Origin: Podarcis pityusensis
Lineage: Eukaryota
Length of the DNA: 64,000 nt
Direction: 5' to 3' (one strand)
Assembly (NCBI GenBank): GCA_964106645.2
Contig: OZ067038.1
Each line of letters opens with the position of its first letter. Position 1 is the first letter of the stretch. The position numbers and the translations under genes were made by a program. The notes under the pieces are model-generated. The model saw nothing but the letters and a program-made list of their open reading frames with translations. It was not told the origin of the DNA and ran no database searches. Shown here piece after piece: positions 31,993 to 46,100 of this stretch.

Positions 31993-34900
31993 ATGTCAGG
32001 CAAAGACAGGATCGAGGTTTTCCCCTCGCGGATGTGAGTGGCCTTCCTGGTCCTTTCGGGGCCTCCCTTGGGCGGTGGGGGGGGGCGGTCAGTTCCTTCC
32101 CTGCGGCCCCACAGCCGGACACTGTGCGCTGGGGGGTGTTGAGCTCTCAAATTCAAGCTGCCACGGATCAGCCACAAACACCCTTTAGCAGCCGTCACGC
32201 GGGTGCATTTTCTCACCCTTGTAATTCGCAATGGAAGGGTGCGATCCGTTTTCAGCGGCCTTAAGAGCCCAGTAGAATGGTAGCTATTTTGCATTGCTTC
32301 AATTCGCGTTGAATTTGGAGAGCGCTTTGGGGTGCAGAATTTGATACTCGTCAAATTCTGTTTCGAATCCCATAACTATCACCAATGTATTGATTGGCGT
32401 TGGTTAAATTTACAAGGGGTTGTGGGAGGAATGCGTTGGAATAAAAAGGTGATGTTACCTGTCATGTAAGAGTCTCTCCCCCCCCCCCCCCCATTCAGAC
32501 AAGTCAGGCTTGTAGGGTTAAAAAATGGGGAAGTGAAATGTGAGTTGTTTCCAGGTCAAAATGGCAAATGCTTTGTCATATGGTCAGATGTCTTTGACAA
32601 TTATGGAACAAGGTTGTCATTTTATCTGACTATGCAATGCTTGAAATGTCTCCTATTATTAATAATATGTTTATATTAGAGACACTTTTTAGTAGTCAGA
32701 GGATGGTAGGAAGGGGCAGTACTAAAATAAGGGGAAAAAAGAGGAAAGTGAAGCCTCAAAATGATGCTCAAAAGTAGAAAGCTTATTCTAGTACACAAGA
32801 TTGCAACCTTAGTAATTTCAAAATAGAAACTTCTTAATAACAAACAACTGTGTTCAGCTTTCAAACTGAATTTTGAAAGGGAGAACTGAGTTTCCTCATG
32901 AGCACTTATTTTGAAGGCTGTAAGTCTTCTGTTTCTTTTAAGTGCCATACAATTAATTGTACTTCTAGTGCCTAGCTTGGCAGTTTCTCATTTTCGCACA
33001 TTGCCATACTGTTGTGTTAACCTGGAAGTCCCACTGATTTCAGCGGAATTTTCTCTAGGCAGGTATGCATTAAATTTCACCCTTGCAGTGCAATCATATG
33101 CAGAGTTTTTATTATGAGTATGATTCTTGCTTCTTACATAGATCAGCCATATTTCCAGTATGTTTGCTGAATCTGGCATGGCATTCTTGATAGTAAACAG
33201 AGCCATGTTTAGTATCCACACACAGTTTTGCTGAATCTTGTTCCAACTAGTAAATGAGTTAGTCTGAGATAGAGAGGCAGTGGTGCAAGCCAGTCAGTGC
33301 AGGAATACGGACACCAGACCTTCCCTTCATTTAAAGAAGTTCCAGTTCTCTTCCTCAAGGTGATTTCCAGCTTAGGCGGTTCCTGGGAGACATATTATAA
33401 ACTCTCTAAGGAATTGCCATGAAATCTCCTTATTCAATATTTCTAGTACTGCCCAAAATTAGTTTGTTGTTATGTTTCCAATTACTTTTCCTTGGAGATC
33501 ATGGGAATCATGGGTGGACACAGCAATTACTGAACAGGCAAAAACCATTGAATTCAGGCAAATCCATAGAGTGAGCACAGACCATTGTTTACTGTGTGGC
33601 ATCTGCTTGTTACCATTCTTTGAGAAAATTGCAAGCATGTAGAAAGCAAGTTGAGGGACGCGGGTGGTGCTGTGGGTTAAACCACAGAGCCTAGGACTTG
33701 CTGATCACAAGGTCTGCGGTTTGAATCCCCACGACGGGGTGAGCTCCCGTTGCTCGATCCCTGCTCCTGCCAACCTAGCAGTTCGAAAGCATGTCAAAGT
33801 GCAAGTAGATAAATAGGTACCGCTCCAGCAGGAAGGTAAACGGTATTTCCATGCGCTGCTCTGTTTCGCAGGAGTGGCTTAGTCATGCTGGCCACATGTC
33901 CCAGAAGCTGTACGCCGGCTCCCTCGGCCAATAAAGCGAGATGAGCGCTGCAACCCCAGAGTCGGTCACGACTGGACCTAATGGTCAGGGGTCTCTTTAC
34001 CTTTACCTTTTAGAAAGCAAGTTGTGTCTAGCCACTAGGTGAAGCCAATGTTATTGCTTCTTGCTACGATTATAAAAGTGAGGCAAGGGCCTGCAGTGGT
34101 TGTCTCATTATGTGCCAGTTTTCAAATATCCACCATTTGTCATAGGATTGCCTCTGTCCATGCTGCTGTTCATACGTTACCTGGAACTTCATATTGAGAA
34201 AAGTGGTATGTGATGTGATTTGGTTTGCGTTGAATGGTAGAAGAGACAGCTCACAATGCAAAACAAATTCTTGAGTTTCCAGTAAGGAACTTAGCTTATA
34301 ATAGGGTTGCGATATTTCTAAAAGTGAAAATTCAGACACAAAGGTTGCTAAGCTTCTTTTGGCCGAGGGAACCAATTCTAAAGTTCTCTTGGCAGCACTT
34401 CTGTTGCAGCCTCCCCATAAAACTAGAGTTTGTCATCTTTGCTTATTTGGTATGGGGATGCAAGCGTGTTTAGAATTGCAGCCTAAAGGTTATAAGCTTA
34501 TTTCTTCTTCTTCTTCTTCAGTCACTCATAGCCAAGTAAGATTGTCTTCCATGAACACAGTCTTAACAGTGAGTCCATAAATGACTGTGGAGGTCAGTTC
34601 TGGACCCACACATCCTTCCACAGTAGGGACATAGGTTTCCGGGCAGGAGTTGATTGTAGTGAGGGTTTGCCAAGCGTGCCTTCCTCTTAGCTCGTTTTTC
34701 CCTTTCGTCCTGAGTACGAGCATCTTCAAAGTCCATGACACCTTTGGTAAAGGCTGCTCTCCAATTGGACGCTCGTAGGCCAGTGTTTCCCAGTTGTTGG
34801 TGTTTATACTACATTTTTAAAGATTTGCCTTGAGACATTCTTTAAACCTGTTTTATGATGTACCCTTCAGTGCACAGTAGGTATTATTACAAAGTAAACA

Positions 34901-37900
34901 AGCATAGGATTGGACTGTCAGACATGTGTTGTAAGTGTATGTTCAAGTTCTGTGAGCCAAAGAATATTTCCTCTTGTTTTTAGGAATGTGCCTTTTCAGG
35001 AACACTCTTCTCTTTTTCCCAGATCATCTCCAGTGACAAGATCAAAAGTATTTATCACTTTTTTGAATTTGACAGGGCTCAGACCATCATGAAGGCCCGT
35101 TTGAAAGGAGCCCAGACAGGTCGCAACCTCTTGAAGAAGAAATCTGATGCTCTGACTATGAGATTCCGGCAGATTCTTAAAAAAATTATTGAGGTAGGGT
35201 GTTTTAATGTACTGAATTTACCTGTGAAATAAAGCTAAAGAATTTCCAGTATACGAACCATTATAATAGCAGGAATGAGTTTTGCTCTTTTTAAAACGAG
35301 AACAAAACAGGCCCATTCCTGACTTAACTCTCAATTGTAACCTGTATATTGGTTTCAGAAAATGTCCTTTTTTTGGGTTGTGTTTGCAGACAAAGATGTT
35401 GATGGGTGAGGTGATGAGAGAAGCAGCCTTTTCTCTTGCTGAGGCAAAGTTCACAGCTGGAGACTTCAGGTAAAGCTCACAAATGGCTGTAGTTGAGGGG
35501 ACTCCTGTGTGAGACATTTGGCCTCTCTCAAGAGGTGAACCATTCCTTTCTGTTTATGGGGGTGATTGGGAGGTAAATGAAAATTCTGCAGCAGATCCTA
35601 TAAGAGGAAAAGGTAGAACGCAAACCCCATAGGAAATTAAATATATTTCCAGAGTGTCTGCAAAGATAAATGAGCAGAAGAAAAATATGAGGGCAGGAAA
35701 TAACACTAAAGTTGTGATAGACTCCGCAGTGTTCTAAATATTACTACCTACCTTCATATTTTAGCTTCTTCTAGTTGACAAATGACTCCTTGAGTTTCTG
35801 TGACTTTGTGTTCCAGTAGCAGTCATCGATTACTCTTTAAAACAAATTACCACTGCATTGCCCACAGCGCATCAGAGCATGTTTTGAAGACTGATCAGCA
35901 TAGTTTGCTGTGGTCACTGCTTTGAACGTTATAAAAATGGCAGTTCACTAATCATGATTTCAGAAACGTTTTAGGAATAAATTGTAGGAATATTTTAAAA
36001 TGCAACGTCCCATTTCACAGATATAAAACATTTCTGTTATCACATTTATGAATAAGAAAAACAGCAGTGCATTTTTATTGGTTCAAGAGCTGGAACCTTT
36101 AATTCAGCTTAGTACTGTATTTGGGGAAAAACAGAACCTCTAGTACTTTTCTGCTTTATAGGATACCATGATGTTGTATTATGTATATACTGTCCTGAGA
36201 TTAAGCCTCACAAGTGAGACTTGCTCTGAGGAAACATACATGAAATTGTGCAGCAGGTGCTAGGACCAAGTTTTACATTTCTATGTATGCTGCTGTGTTT
36301 GCATTAAACATACTTCATGAAAACTAAGAAAATATACTGGCAATTGCTTCCTCAAATCCGTTGAATACGTACTGATACATATTTGTTTCTGCAGTACAAC
36401 TGTGATTCAGAATGTGAACAAAGCTCAGGTCAAGATCAGAGCTAAGAAAGACAATGTAGCAGGTGTGTATCTTTATGCTACGCATGATATAATTATTTTT
36501 AATTCTATTTATTTAATTATTTAAGTCACTGAGAAACTACCACATTGTTTAGTGCGGCTTATAGTAGAATCAAATAGTTGGAGTGGACTTTGAAGGTTAT
36601 CGAAGTCCAATTCCTGTTCAATGCAGAATCTGATAAATTGCTATCCAGCCACTCTTTAAATGCCTGCAGCACTGGAGAGCCCACCATTTCCCAAGGTTGT
36701 CTGTGATACTGTTGAAATGGGGAAGCTTCTAAAGTTTATCCAAAATCTGCTTCTCTGCCATTTTCACTTGTTTGTTCTGAATTTGGAGCAATAGATAATA
36801 ACTTTTCTATATTCTGTGACAGCCCTTCATATATTTGAAGCCTGTCATGTCTCGCCTTAAGTACTTCTTCTTAAGCCTACATATACCCAGCTCTTTCAGC
36901 TGTTGCTCATAGGATGGTTTCCTGACTTTTCACACTACTGCTGGCCCTGCTCTGGGCACACTTCAGTCTGTCAGGGTTTTTATTAAAATGTGGCTCATTT
37001 TATAAACTGAGCTTCAGAGGATGTGTTCTGGTTCATTTAAGGCATCATTTCTCATTTCATCTGAACTTGGAAACTGTGATCTAAGTGCTCCCTATAAACC
37101 AGAATCAAATTGGCTTTCGGTCCCAAAGGGTGTGGTCATGAGCGTTAGGAGAACAAGATGGCAGCCAGAATAGAAATTAGGAAGTGGAATTCATTAATTG
37201 CACAACCTGCTGTGTATCTTTTACAGGTGTGACCCTGCCAGTTTTTGAACATTACCAAGAAGGAGGAGACAGTAAGAAGTGATTTTTCTTTTCTTTTCCT
37301 TATCTCAAGAGGTTTTGATGTGATCTTAGCTTTAATATGCCATGTTTGAAACCCTTCTGTAACTGGCCTGTAGTATAATATAATAGCAATGGTTATGTGG
37401 ACTATTTACAACTCTGTAAATGTTTAGGGGAGAATTTGACATTGCACTATTCTGATCATTCTGTCAAGTGCAAGTATTTCTGCTTGCCTGATGAAACGAC
37501 CCCCCTCTCTGCCCCTGTGTGCTGCTCTGAGGGTTCTCACTGCCTTCCATGGCAGATTTTTTGGGGGGGGGGAGGAGCCCCTTTACACTAGCAGGAGCCC
37601 TTGCACCGACTTCCGCTAGCACTCTGGCACTAGCCCTCAATTTTAAAAAAATCATGGGTTGCTTTTATTTACTGTAGAAGAGGTTAACACGAGAAATACC
37701 ACATGGTGCCTTTTAAAATGCAATCCTGAGCTTTGGGAAGTTATGGAAACTCATGCTATTTACTTTAGTAGGGTCAAGATTGTATTCTTTGGGCGATATC
37801 ACTTGTGTGATGGAACTTCCCCTTCCTTTTGCAGTCCTACCTCCACCCCACTCCTAAATTTGTTCTGGAGGGTTCTCCAACCCTCTGGATCAGACTTTGA

Positions 37901-40900
37901 GGGTACAGGGATTGGAGAGGAAGGGGAAATTCTATCACACTGGTGGAAACCCATTCTGCAAGTGTCCTCACACCATTGGATATATCCCTTTACAACTATT
38001 TGCATTTTCCATATTAGAAGTGGCAGCTGAGATGAGTGGCTTTGCAGCTGTCTCATGCTTGGAACCATCCTCCACCCTATAGTAAATATTCTGATGGTTT
38101 AGTTTTCTGTTTGGTGGCTGATTTTTTTGTTGCTAATGAGGCTGCTAAATGTTCTGGATGAATTCTTTCAGGTTATGAGCTGACTGGTTTAGCCAGAGGT
38201 GGGGAGCAGCTGGCCAAACTGAAAAGGAACTATGCCAAAGCAGTAGAACTCCTCGTGGAATTGGCCTCTCTGCAGGTAGGTGAAGAAAGAAAACTATTAA
38301 AAGGACCTCTGGTATGGCTGTATATATAATAATTCTTTGTGAGGTCTTTTTAAAGTATCTGCTTCCTTTTCTAATTGATCATCTGTAGTTGTTTCTAAGA
38401 TATACTTTGAGGACAAGAGGAACTGCATATTGTGCTCTGACCTGAAGTCGGGGTGCATGGTGGTGCCAGGGAGTGGTTTGGGGGTAGGTGTAGCTATATG
38501 GCTTTCGTTTAAGGGGAAATTAGATTGCAGCCTTTGGACTTGGCTTCCAAAACACTGATGAGCTGACATTTGCACAGAATCCCACCTTGTAGCACTAAGT
38601 TTGTGCTATTCTCTCAACTTTTTGTTGAATTGCTGAATCTGAATTATCAGCCTGGTAGAACTTTGTGTGCTCACTTTGTGATGCTCACAATGTGGATGTA
38701 CACATTGTACAATAACCCCTTCGCCACTAACAGTATATTGCCTATAGTTTCCTGTGCAAGAATTAGCAACACACCCCGCTTTCCACCTTACAAATTAACA
38801 CTAGAAAGTGGGTAAATCAGCACTGGGAGTGTGGGCAGTCTGTTTCTATTTTGCCATCCCCTAATACTGGACTGGTGCAAAAAACAAACTGCTAGTAAGT
38901 TTGGAAGACTGAGCTGTCAATAAAGACTCTATTTAGGGAAACTTGCATGTGAAATACCATGTGAGTGACAAGCCTGCGTGATGCCAGATCAATTTATCTT
39001 TCTTAGCAATAAAAGTCCCATATATTTGCTGGCATGTCTCTGCTCAGGGCTGAGGTACAAAGAGCTAGTGCATCATGCTTTTTTCACTAATATCTAATTT
39101 CCTGCTCATTCTTTTCCCTTTCTATAGACTTCGTTTGTTACACTAGATGAAGCCATCAAGATAACCAATAGGCGTGTGAATGCTATTGAGCATGGTGAGT
39201 CCAAGGAGATAATCCTTAAGTTAGTCTTATCCAGCCTGATACCTTCCAGATGTTTTGGACTACAACTGTTGGGGATGGATGGGAGTTGTAGTCCAAAACA
39301 TCAGTGTGCTCTAACTATGGTGAATGAGCTGGTTTGCATAACAGGGCAAGCAATATGTGGGCTCAGATTGCAGCTGCTTTGCTCCTCCTCAGTCCATTTG
39401 GCTTAGGGTCTCATCTGAACCAGGTCCAAATGGAGAGCATAACCAAAAATACTGCCCACCATAAATTGGGTAGTAAATGAAGCTTCCTAATATGCATCCT
39501 AATACCATGATGTGATTCAGAGCTGTGCTGATAGATGGCTTTTCCAAGGCCCCATTTCATAGTACTATCTTGGAAGAGGTCAGAATCTAGAAGAACCATC
39601 TCCCTAAGATGACCCTTTCCCCACCACCACCACTATGTTTGTGGCCCCTGGAACACCATATCACTGTGAAGTATTTTTCCTTTTGCTCTGTCACACTCTG
39701 GCCATCCTGTATAGTGATTAAATTACTGTGCCATACAACAAACTATGCATCTAACTCAAGGGTTGACAACCTGGGCATCCCTTGGCAGGAGATCAGACTA
39801 TACACTTATCTATGTATGTTCAAAAACATAGATGGCAATCACCAGGATAACTAATTTTTGCATGGCTGCCCTCCTTGTACTTATAGAATCATACTTACTA
39901 ATGGCAATTTCTCTTTATAGTGATTATTCCCAGGATTGAACGTACACTCTCTTATATCATAACTGAGTTGGATGAGCGAGAGCGAGAGGAGTTTTACAGG
40001 TGAGTGACTTGGCAATCCAAAAATAGGAAATTATGAATCTGAAAATGCCCTGGGATGGAGTCTTTTGAGCCCACAAATGCCTCTGTTAACCAAAGAGGAG
40101 GGAATTTTTGCACACTCAACATTTTCCCTGCAGCTCCACCACCAGTTTTCATCCTCTTTTTGCAAGGGCTCCCAACTCTGTGGAGTCTATTGGGGTGGGA
40201 ACCTGCAGTGAGGAGGAGTTAGCAAAAATGGCCTCCCCCTTCTTGGATTCCACTCTGTACGAGTGTGCAGCCTAGTTTATACTGATCCCCCCCAACAGTC
40301 CTTGCTAACTTGATGTCCTCCAGATATTTTAGACTACATCTCCCATCAACCCACAGGCAGGTTAGCTGGGACTAATGGAAGTTGTACTCTAAAACATCTG
40401 GAGGACACCAGGTAGTTAGTTCCTTTTCTTACCCCTGCTCTAAGCAATAACCTCACTTTTTCTAGGAAGAAATTCCATTTTTAAATAATTGTGCCAAAAG
40501 AAAGCAGGAGATTAGGGCTGCAAACAAGTTTCAAAGCTACAATGGAAAGTACACCTCCACCTCCAAATGTTGGTACATTTTGTCCTTAAATTTTCAGCTA
40601 AGTTCCACAGAATTGATGGCCCATTACTGTCAACTATTTGAAACAAAATTTAAAAAATTCCTTCCAGTAGCACCTTAGAGACCAACTAAGTATGTTATTG
40701 GTATGAGCTTTCGTGTGCATGCACACTTATCTGAAGAAGTGTGCATGCACACGAAAACTCATACCAATAAGAAACTTTTGTTTCGACTATGGCAGACCAA
40801 CACGGCTACCTGCCTATAACTGTCAACTATTTCTCATTGGAATAGAATACAAATGTATATTAACTTATGTTTACCAAAGCCTTCAAATGCAGTGTGTCAA

Positions 40901-41314
40901 ATGGAACAATTTATCATCTAAGGGGTGGCACACTGGGACACCCACACATAACACACAGTTGAGTTTCCTCTCCTTCTGGTGCGTGGGAAAGCACTCAGTG
41001 CACCAAGCCATTGCAGGGAATGAGAAGCCCTAGCTTTCCCCCAAACTTTGTGAAATTGGAAATAAAATCCCGATAATGGCTGTGTCACATTTCGGGGTGG
41101 GGTGTGGAATGTAGGAATGACCTGCTATCTGCACACCGGCTTTACAATAATTTGCACTATTTTTCTCTGTAGATTAAAGAAGATCCAGGAGAAGAAGAAG
41201 ATACTGAAAGAAAAGAACGAAAAACTGCAAGAGTTGCAGAGGGCTGCTGGACAGCTGCGCGAGCCTGCTAATTTGCTTGCGGAGGAAAAGGATGAGGATC
41301 TTCTCTTTGAATAA
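31993..41314 (+). CDS. ATP6V1D: V-type proton ATPase subunit D, complete, 9 exons, 247 aa
   Basis: Exons: 31993-32033 [14 protein letters not shown]; 35076-35193; 35390-35469; 36395-36462; 37227-37271; 38172-38275; 39128-39194 [23 protein letters not shown]; 39921-39999; 41173-41314 ..EKDEDLLFE*. Total 744 nt, all GT-AG, phases consistent. Confidence 0.98.
33654..34010 (+). mobile_element. Sauria SINE, full length
   Basis: Head gggacgcgggtggtgctgtgggttaaacc, tail tttacctttaccttt. 14-bp TSD tagaaagcaagttg at 33640-33653 and 34011-34024. Confidence 0.92.
34502..34853 (-). mobile_element. RTE-clade LINE 3' fragment
   Basis: The minus strand encodes ..NNWETLA..(frameshift)..[34 protein letters not shown] (RTE C-terminal Zn-finger-like motif), then a (GAA)n tail. 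Confidence 0.8.
36560..36990 (-). mobile_element. Old CR1 3' fragment
   Basis: tagaatc..gttggagtggactttgaaggttatc..gtccaa and cagcccttcatatatttgaag parallel the CR1 copy at 26109-26560. Confidence 0.6.
40640..40818. mobile_element. Penelope-like retroelement remnant (inverted terminal arrangement) with hammerhead-like motif
   Basis: 14-bp TSD actgtcaactattt (40626-40639 / 40819-40832). Internal 34-bp inverted repeat. CTGAAGA..GAAA core. The inverted-end structure is typical of PLE insertions. Confidence 0.72.
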
Positions 41315-41688
41315 CTGTGGACATCTGTTACAATGCAGGACTCAGAACAGTGAGTTTGAGATACAGTTCTGGACACATTGTGATGCTTTTGTGGCTCTTC
41401 ATTTGGTGTATTAGCCTGTGCTATCCAGTCTGGATTTATTCCAGGATTTTTTTTCTGTTGTGGAAAATAGCTGGTTTGTCCATTGAACACATGCATGAAG
41501 CAGAAACATTTCCAGTTCTACATATCTCCATTTAATTTAGTTGGCAGAGAAGTATTGCCACTTCTGCTTCTGCTGTTCTCTCAGCTGTACTTAACTTCAT
41601 TTTCCCCACATACTGCCAAATTCTTGTGAGCAAAGTTCCTTGTTCTGACCTGCTTTGTGTTTACAAGTGACAGCAACTGTAATAACTT

Positions 41689-41878
41689 ATTAAATGAACA
41701 GGCTTTTTTCTCCAAAACGCAATTTTTAAAAAATCTGTGTGATCTCATTGTATCTTTTTGTTTCTGAAAGAAGGAATGGTTTCCATTTTATGTTGTATTT
41801 GCCAACTCATCTGTGCTGTAAAATCAGTAAAGGAACCTGTGTCTAAACTTGTGTCATTTTTGTAAAACATCTATTAAA
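41689..41878 (+). terminator. Candidate ATP6V1D polyadenylation signals
   Basis: ATTAAA at 41689-41694 and 41873-41878 in AT-rich sequence downstream of the stop codon. Confidence 0.45.
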
Positions 41879-43119
41879 TCTTCAAAATAGGTAGGTGGGA
41901 ACTAGTTGAGTGAACAGGATTTCTCTTTTGCATCTGAACAACTATTCTATAGTTACTTGAACTCTGAAGCAGCTGAAAAAGGCATCCTCTTGTCAAAATC
42001 TCCCTTATTCAGTGCATGCTTACTTGTCCTGCAATTTGACAGAAAGCTGGCCCTAACAAGCAGGCTGAAAAACATGTTATAATATCATGCCAATGTTAGG
42101 ATCGTCCTACATACACTGTCATGTGATAGACAACAATCCCATGACTGCAAACATGGAGCAGGAATCCTAACATCCATATGGTAAGTAATCCTATACCGTA
42201 CAAGGCTATTGTTCTTAATGGAATAGGAGTTGAACATAGTGTTTTTGCCCTTGGGCTGTTATCAGAAAAGGAGCACCCATTTCCCTATGCAACTGGTGTG
42301 GCACCAGCCTCTCTACTCCATAGGGGTTTATAGTTTCCTCAGCGCTGCCTACCTAACACAGCTATGGTTGTGTCCTGTGCTGCATGCATTTAGCATTCAT
42401 AGTCTTACTGAATTAAGAATGTGGGAAGTTCTTGGGAGTAGTTGTGGTTTAGCTCCTTGAGATAGTGCAGCAGCTGAAGGATGCCTGGATAGAGATTCCC
42501 AAAAGATGAAACCAAACTTTTAACTTGATTCTAGCAAGTGTCTGGAAGCATCTAATGATTTGAGACACACATGACTACTCATGAAGTTCCACACCAGCAA
42601 AGAATTGATACACTTAGTGAACAGTTAAGGAAATCACTACCACAGCACTTAAAGCAGCAACTAATGGTGACCTAACGGAACTTAGAACAGTTCCACTCTT
42701 GAAATAAGCTTGTAATAATGGTTAAATTGGTAAGTCTACAATTTTAGAAGTGTAAGGCAACATTAGTATTGGTTTACTGACGCAAGAATGAGTCACTGGA
42801 GTTATACTTTCAATTTACCTTGTACACCATACTTCTCTTCACCTTCAAACATAGCAAAACAGCACCCAGCAGGACTGAAATCCCCCCCATCAGCTTGATA
42901 AGACACTAGGCAAGGGTTGGGAGAAATGGCCTTGCGTTCCACCTTGGAACTTCTGGTGGTCTGGAGATTCATTAATCCTGCTCTGCATGCAACAAAAACA
43001 GTACTACATCCAGAAGTGGGAGGGGTGATTCTAAATAATATAATAAGGCATTTAAAATGAGTTGTGAATTCCAAAAAAAGACACATACAAGTTCTCCTCT
43101 CCCCTCCCCTCATTGCACC

Positions 43120-46100
43120 AAGTTCACATAAGGTGCTGGTTTATTTAAAGAATACACTCTGTGTGCAATATAAGTAATAAGTGACCTTTATTTTTGGTAA
43201 GCAAATAATGATGCAAGATATGCTAATTCCTTTCCAAAGGACAGAGAAAAACCTCCACAATTAAACATATGCTTATTCAAGTTTCATTTTTCAGTCAAGT
43301 ACCTTATTTTCCATCATGATGTTACAAACTTGTGCTGAAGTTTTAAGCCATGTTAAAGATATGCTGGAACTTTTATAAAGCAGGGTTGTTTTTAATAATC
43401 TCAGGACCACTCTGGTGTATTGGGACCACACTGGCTCCTAGAACCACTTTGCTCCTCCATGGTCTTTTTTTAGTCTTGTGCCAACTGTGTTCTCTGAACT
43501 CGCACGTGGTTAAACTCTCTTCACCATCCCCAAGCTGCAACTAAGAATACATTGATTATACACCTTATCGTTAGTGAGGACAGAGCTTAACCAAGAGCTC
43601 AGCTCAATGTAATTGGGGGAGTAAAAACCTGGTAGGAACAGAGATGGATTATTTTTTTTAAAGAGGCTGCAAGCTCTGGGAACCCACACATTTCCATAGG
43701 CCATTCCGGTTATGCAGTTGCCTTTAGGTACCAAATGACACAGCCAACTCTCTGCAACAAAAGTTACTGTGTGTGAAGCAGTGCCTATGCACTTCTGGGG
43801 AGCATATTCTGCCAAGATGGAGCACACAAAGGGTCTTAGGTACCATGCCCAAGTAGGCTTTGGAACACACCATCCAACTCTACAAATAAGTGACTGCACT
43901 GACTGAGCTACAAGGGAGCTGTCTGCTTGACAGCTCAATACAAAACATTAGATGCACAAGATTGCACTGATGAAGCTGAATGCCAATAAGGCTTCAGGAT
44001 AGTACAAAGATGAGCTGGCTTTTGTTTCCCTGCCTTTTGTTAGCATATAGTGGCTGTAGGCTGTACCACCATACCACCCCTGGCACTGGCAGCCAGAACA
44101 GCAGCATGGATGCAACTTGGAGCAATCTTGGTACTGCTTTCCATAACACTACAGTCTGCACACAAGCTGCAGCTGTTTTATACAACCCTCTATATTTATT
44201 TCCTGGCACAGTAGCCTGTAGTATTAAGCCACTAGGAAGTGAAATATATTACCTCACGGTTACATTTACAACAGTATACTTGAAGGCTAAGAATATTATT
44301 TTACATGTTTACATTAATGTGCAGTTTATAATAGCTCAAAATAGAGTGCAAGTAGATGTCAAGCTTCAACCTGGGCGTTGTGTAGAGATATACTGTATTA
44401 CCTTAAAAAGCTATTTTGTTATCCCTTCACCCTTTCTCTTTCCATTTTTAAAGAAATAGCATTACAGTCATGGTTTGTTTACAAGGCATATCTTTCACTT
44501 GGTTAATCAAATATTTTCCCCTATTTAACTAGCCTAGAATAGAACAGCATTTGTTGCAAAGCTCATTATAATACACAATATTGTATCCTCTGAAAGAAGT
44601 TTAGAATTTTCTTCCCTCATCCAAACAGATATGCCCATTTTTCTGTAATTACAATATTGTGGAATATCCTTTTCCAAATGTCAGTAGTAGAGTAATTGAC
44701 AGATAGCAATTTAGTTATATTGGATGATTTCTGAAAGCCCTCTTAATTATTGTTTGCCACAGTTGCATTTCTATAGCCAGAGCTTAGTGTGGATTTTTAG
44801 GCCACCACTCTTATCTCAAAGGACAGCAGGTGGCAGGCACATTTAATATATATAGTAAATTCTGCATTTAGAAGACTATGTCCAATTAATTTCTTAATCA
44901 TCTTAGAAATTCAGAAGGGGGATAGGAGAAATAAAGGGGATTTTACTGTTAATACCTCACTCTTAACCAGTATAGTATGCCAAAACCAGTATTTCATATA
45001 CTGTCCTAGAATGCATCATGGATTACATCAGCATTTTCTTAACATTTAAACCTAAGATACTGATAGAAATATTTCACATGGCTGTAAAAGTAATTAAATT
45101 TAGACCTCATGGACATCAGCACCATAACCCTTAAGATGATGAAAAATACATACATCTGGGTAATGCACAGACTATACAATGCAGATAAAACACTTTCCAT
45201 TCCTTAACCATAGTTAAAGAAGTGGGAGCAGGCCATGGCACTGTGTGCGCTCTCCCTAGCCTTCTCTTTGTGTGCGGATTCTACCATCCTTAACCATGAA
45301 CCTTCATCTCTGCACAATCCTGAACATTTGTTAAGTCTTGTAAGATAGGATTTGTAAACCACTTCAAATACTGATTCTGAATGCCAGTGATCAAGCTTCA
45401 CCATGGTTTAACAGTAGTGTAGACATAGCAAAGCATAGTTAAGACAAGGGAGGGAAGGGGATTTGTGCGAGAAAAAGGAAGGGGAAAGGACTGAATAATC
45501 CCATAGCCCATTCCTGATCCCCTATGCATGCTTAAAGGGTGGGAAGCCTTATATCTGCACTAGCCCAGAGTTTCTGAATTTTGTTGTCTACTATCACATC
45601 AAAGCAAAGCAAGGAAGAAACACAACATTCATTTTTCTGCTTTGTATTCTAAGCAAATTTGACAATTTGAGATAAATCACTATTTTGCAGGTTGACAGTG
45701 ATACATAGATTATTCCATATCACTTCTATTTCCTACCCAAAGGCTTCATTGGATAGAGGCACATTGTTGAGTGATTTTACAATCTCTTGATAAATGTGCT
45801 ACGCTTAAAGATCATATGCATATACTCTGCAGAGGAGGGGAGCTGTTGGTTGATTCCAGATTTCTCTTTTCTCCCATGGTGGGGGAGTGGATCATAATAC
45901 TAAGAGAGGAATTTCAGTTCTTAAACAGTATTACCCCCCTCCCCCCAATTCTCCATATGTCAATGTATACTGTATGTTCAACTATGAACACAAAAAAGTT
46001 TCAATCCTGCTTGGATTTTCTGTTTAATCCTTCAGAGAAAAATATGAAAGAACATGGAAAGACTAATTCTTAACTATTAGGTTATATTCAACTACATGTT

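Larger units (their letters stand above)
30180..32330. promoter_or_regulatory. CpG island / bidirectional promoter shared by EIF2S1 and ATP6V1D
   Basis: High GC and CpG density between divergent first exons. Tandem ETS/GABP motifs CCGGAAGCATTT at 30744-30755 and 30769-30780. YY1-like GCCGCCAT at 30726-30733. GC box at 31836-31846. Confidence 0.85.

Noticed and set aside
31750-32354. Long ORFs (170 aa +, 191 aa -) over the ATP6V1D promoter
   Set aside because: Stop-poor GC-rich CpG-island sequence with no recognisable domain. The true coding part is only 31993-32033.
43510-44459. 142-aa and 159-aa ORFs between ATP6V1D and PALS1
   Set aside because: No domain similarity or splice support. They are mutually antisense chance ORFs in the probable PALS1 3' UTR.
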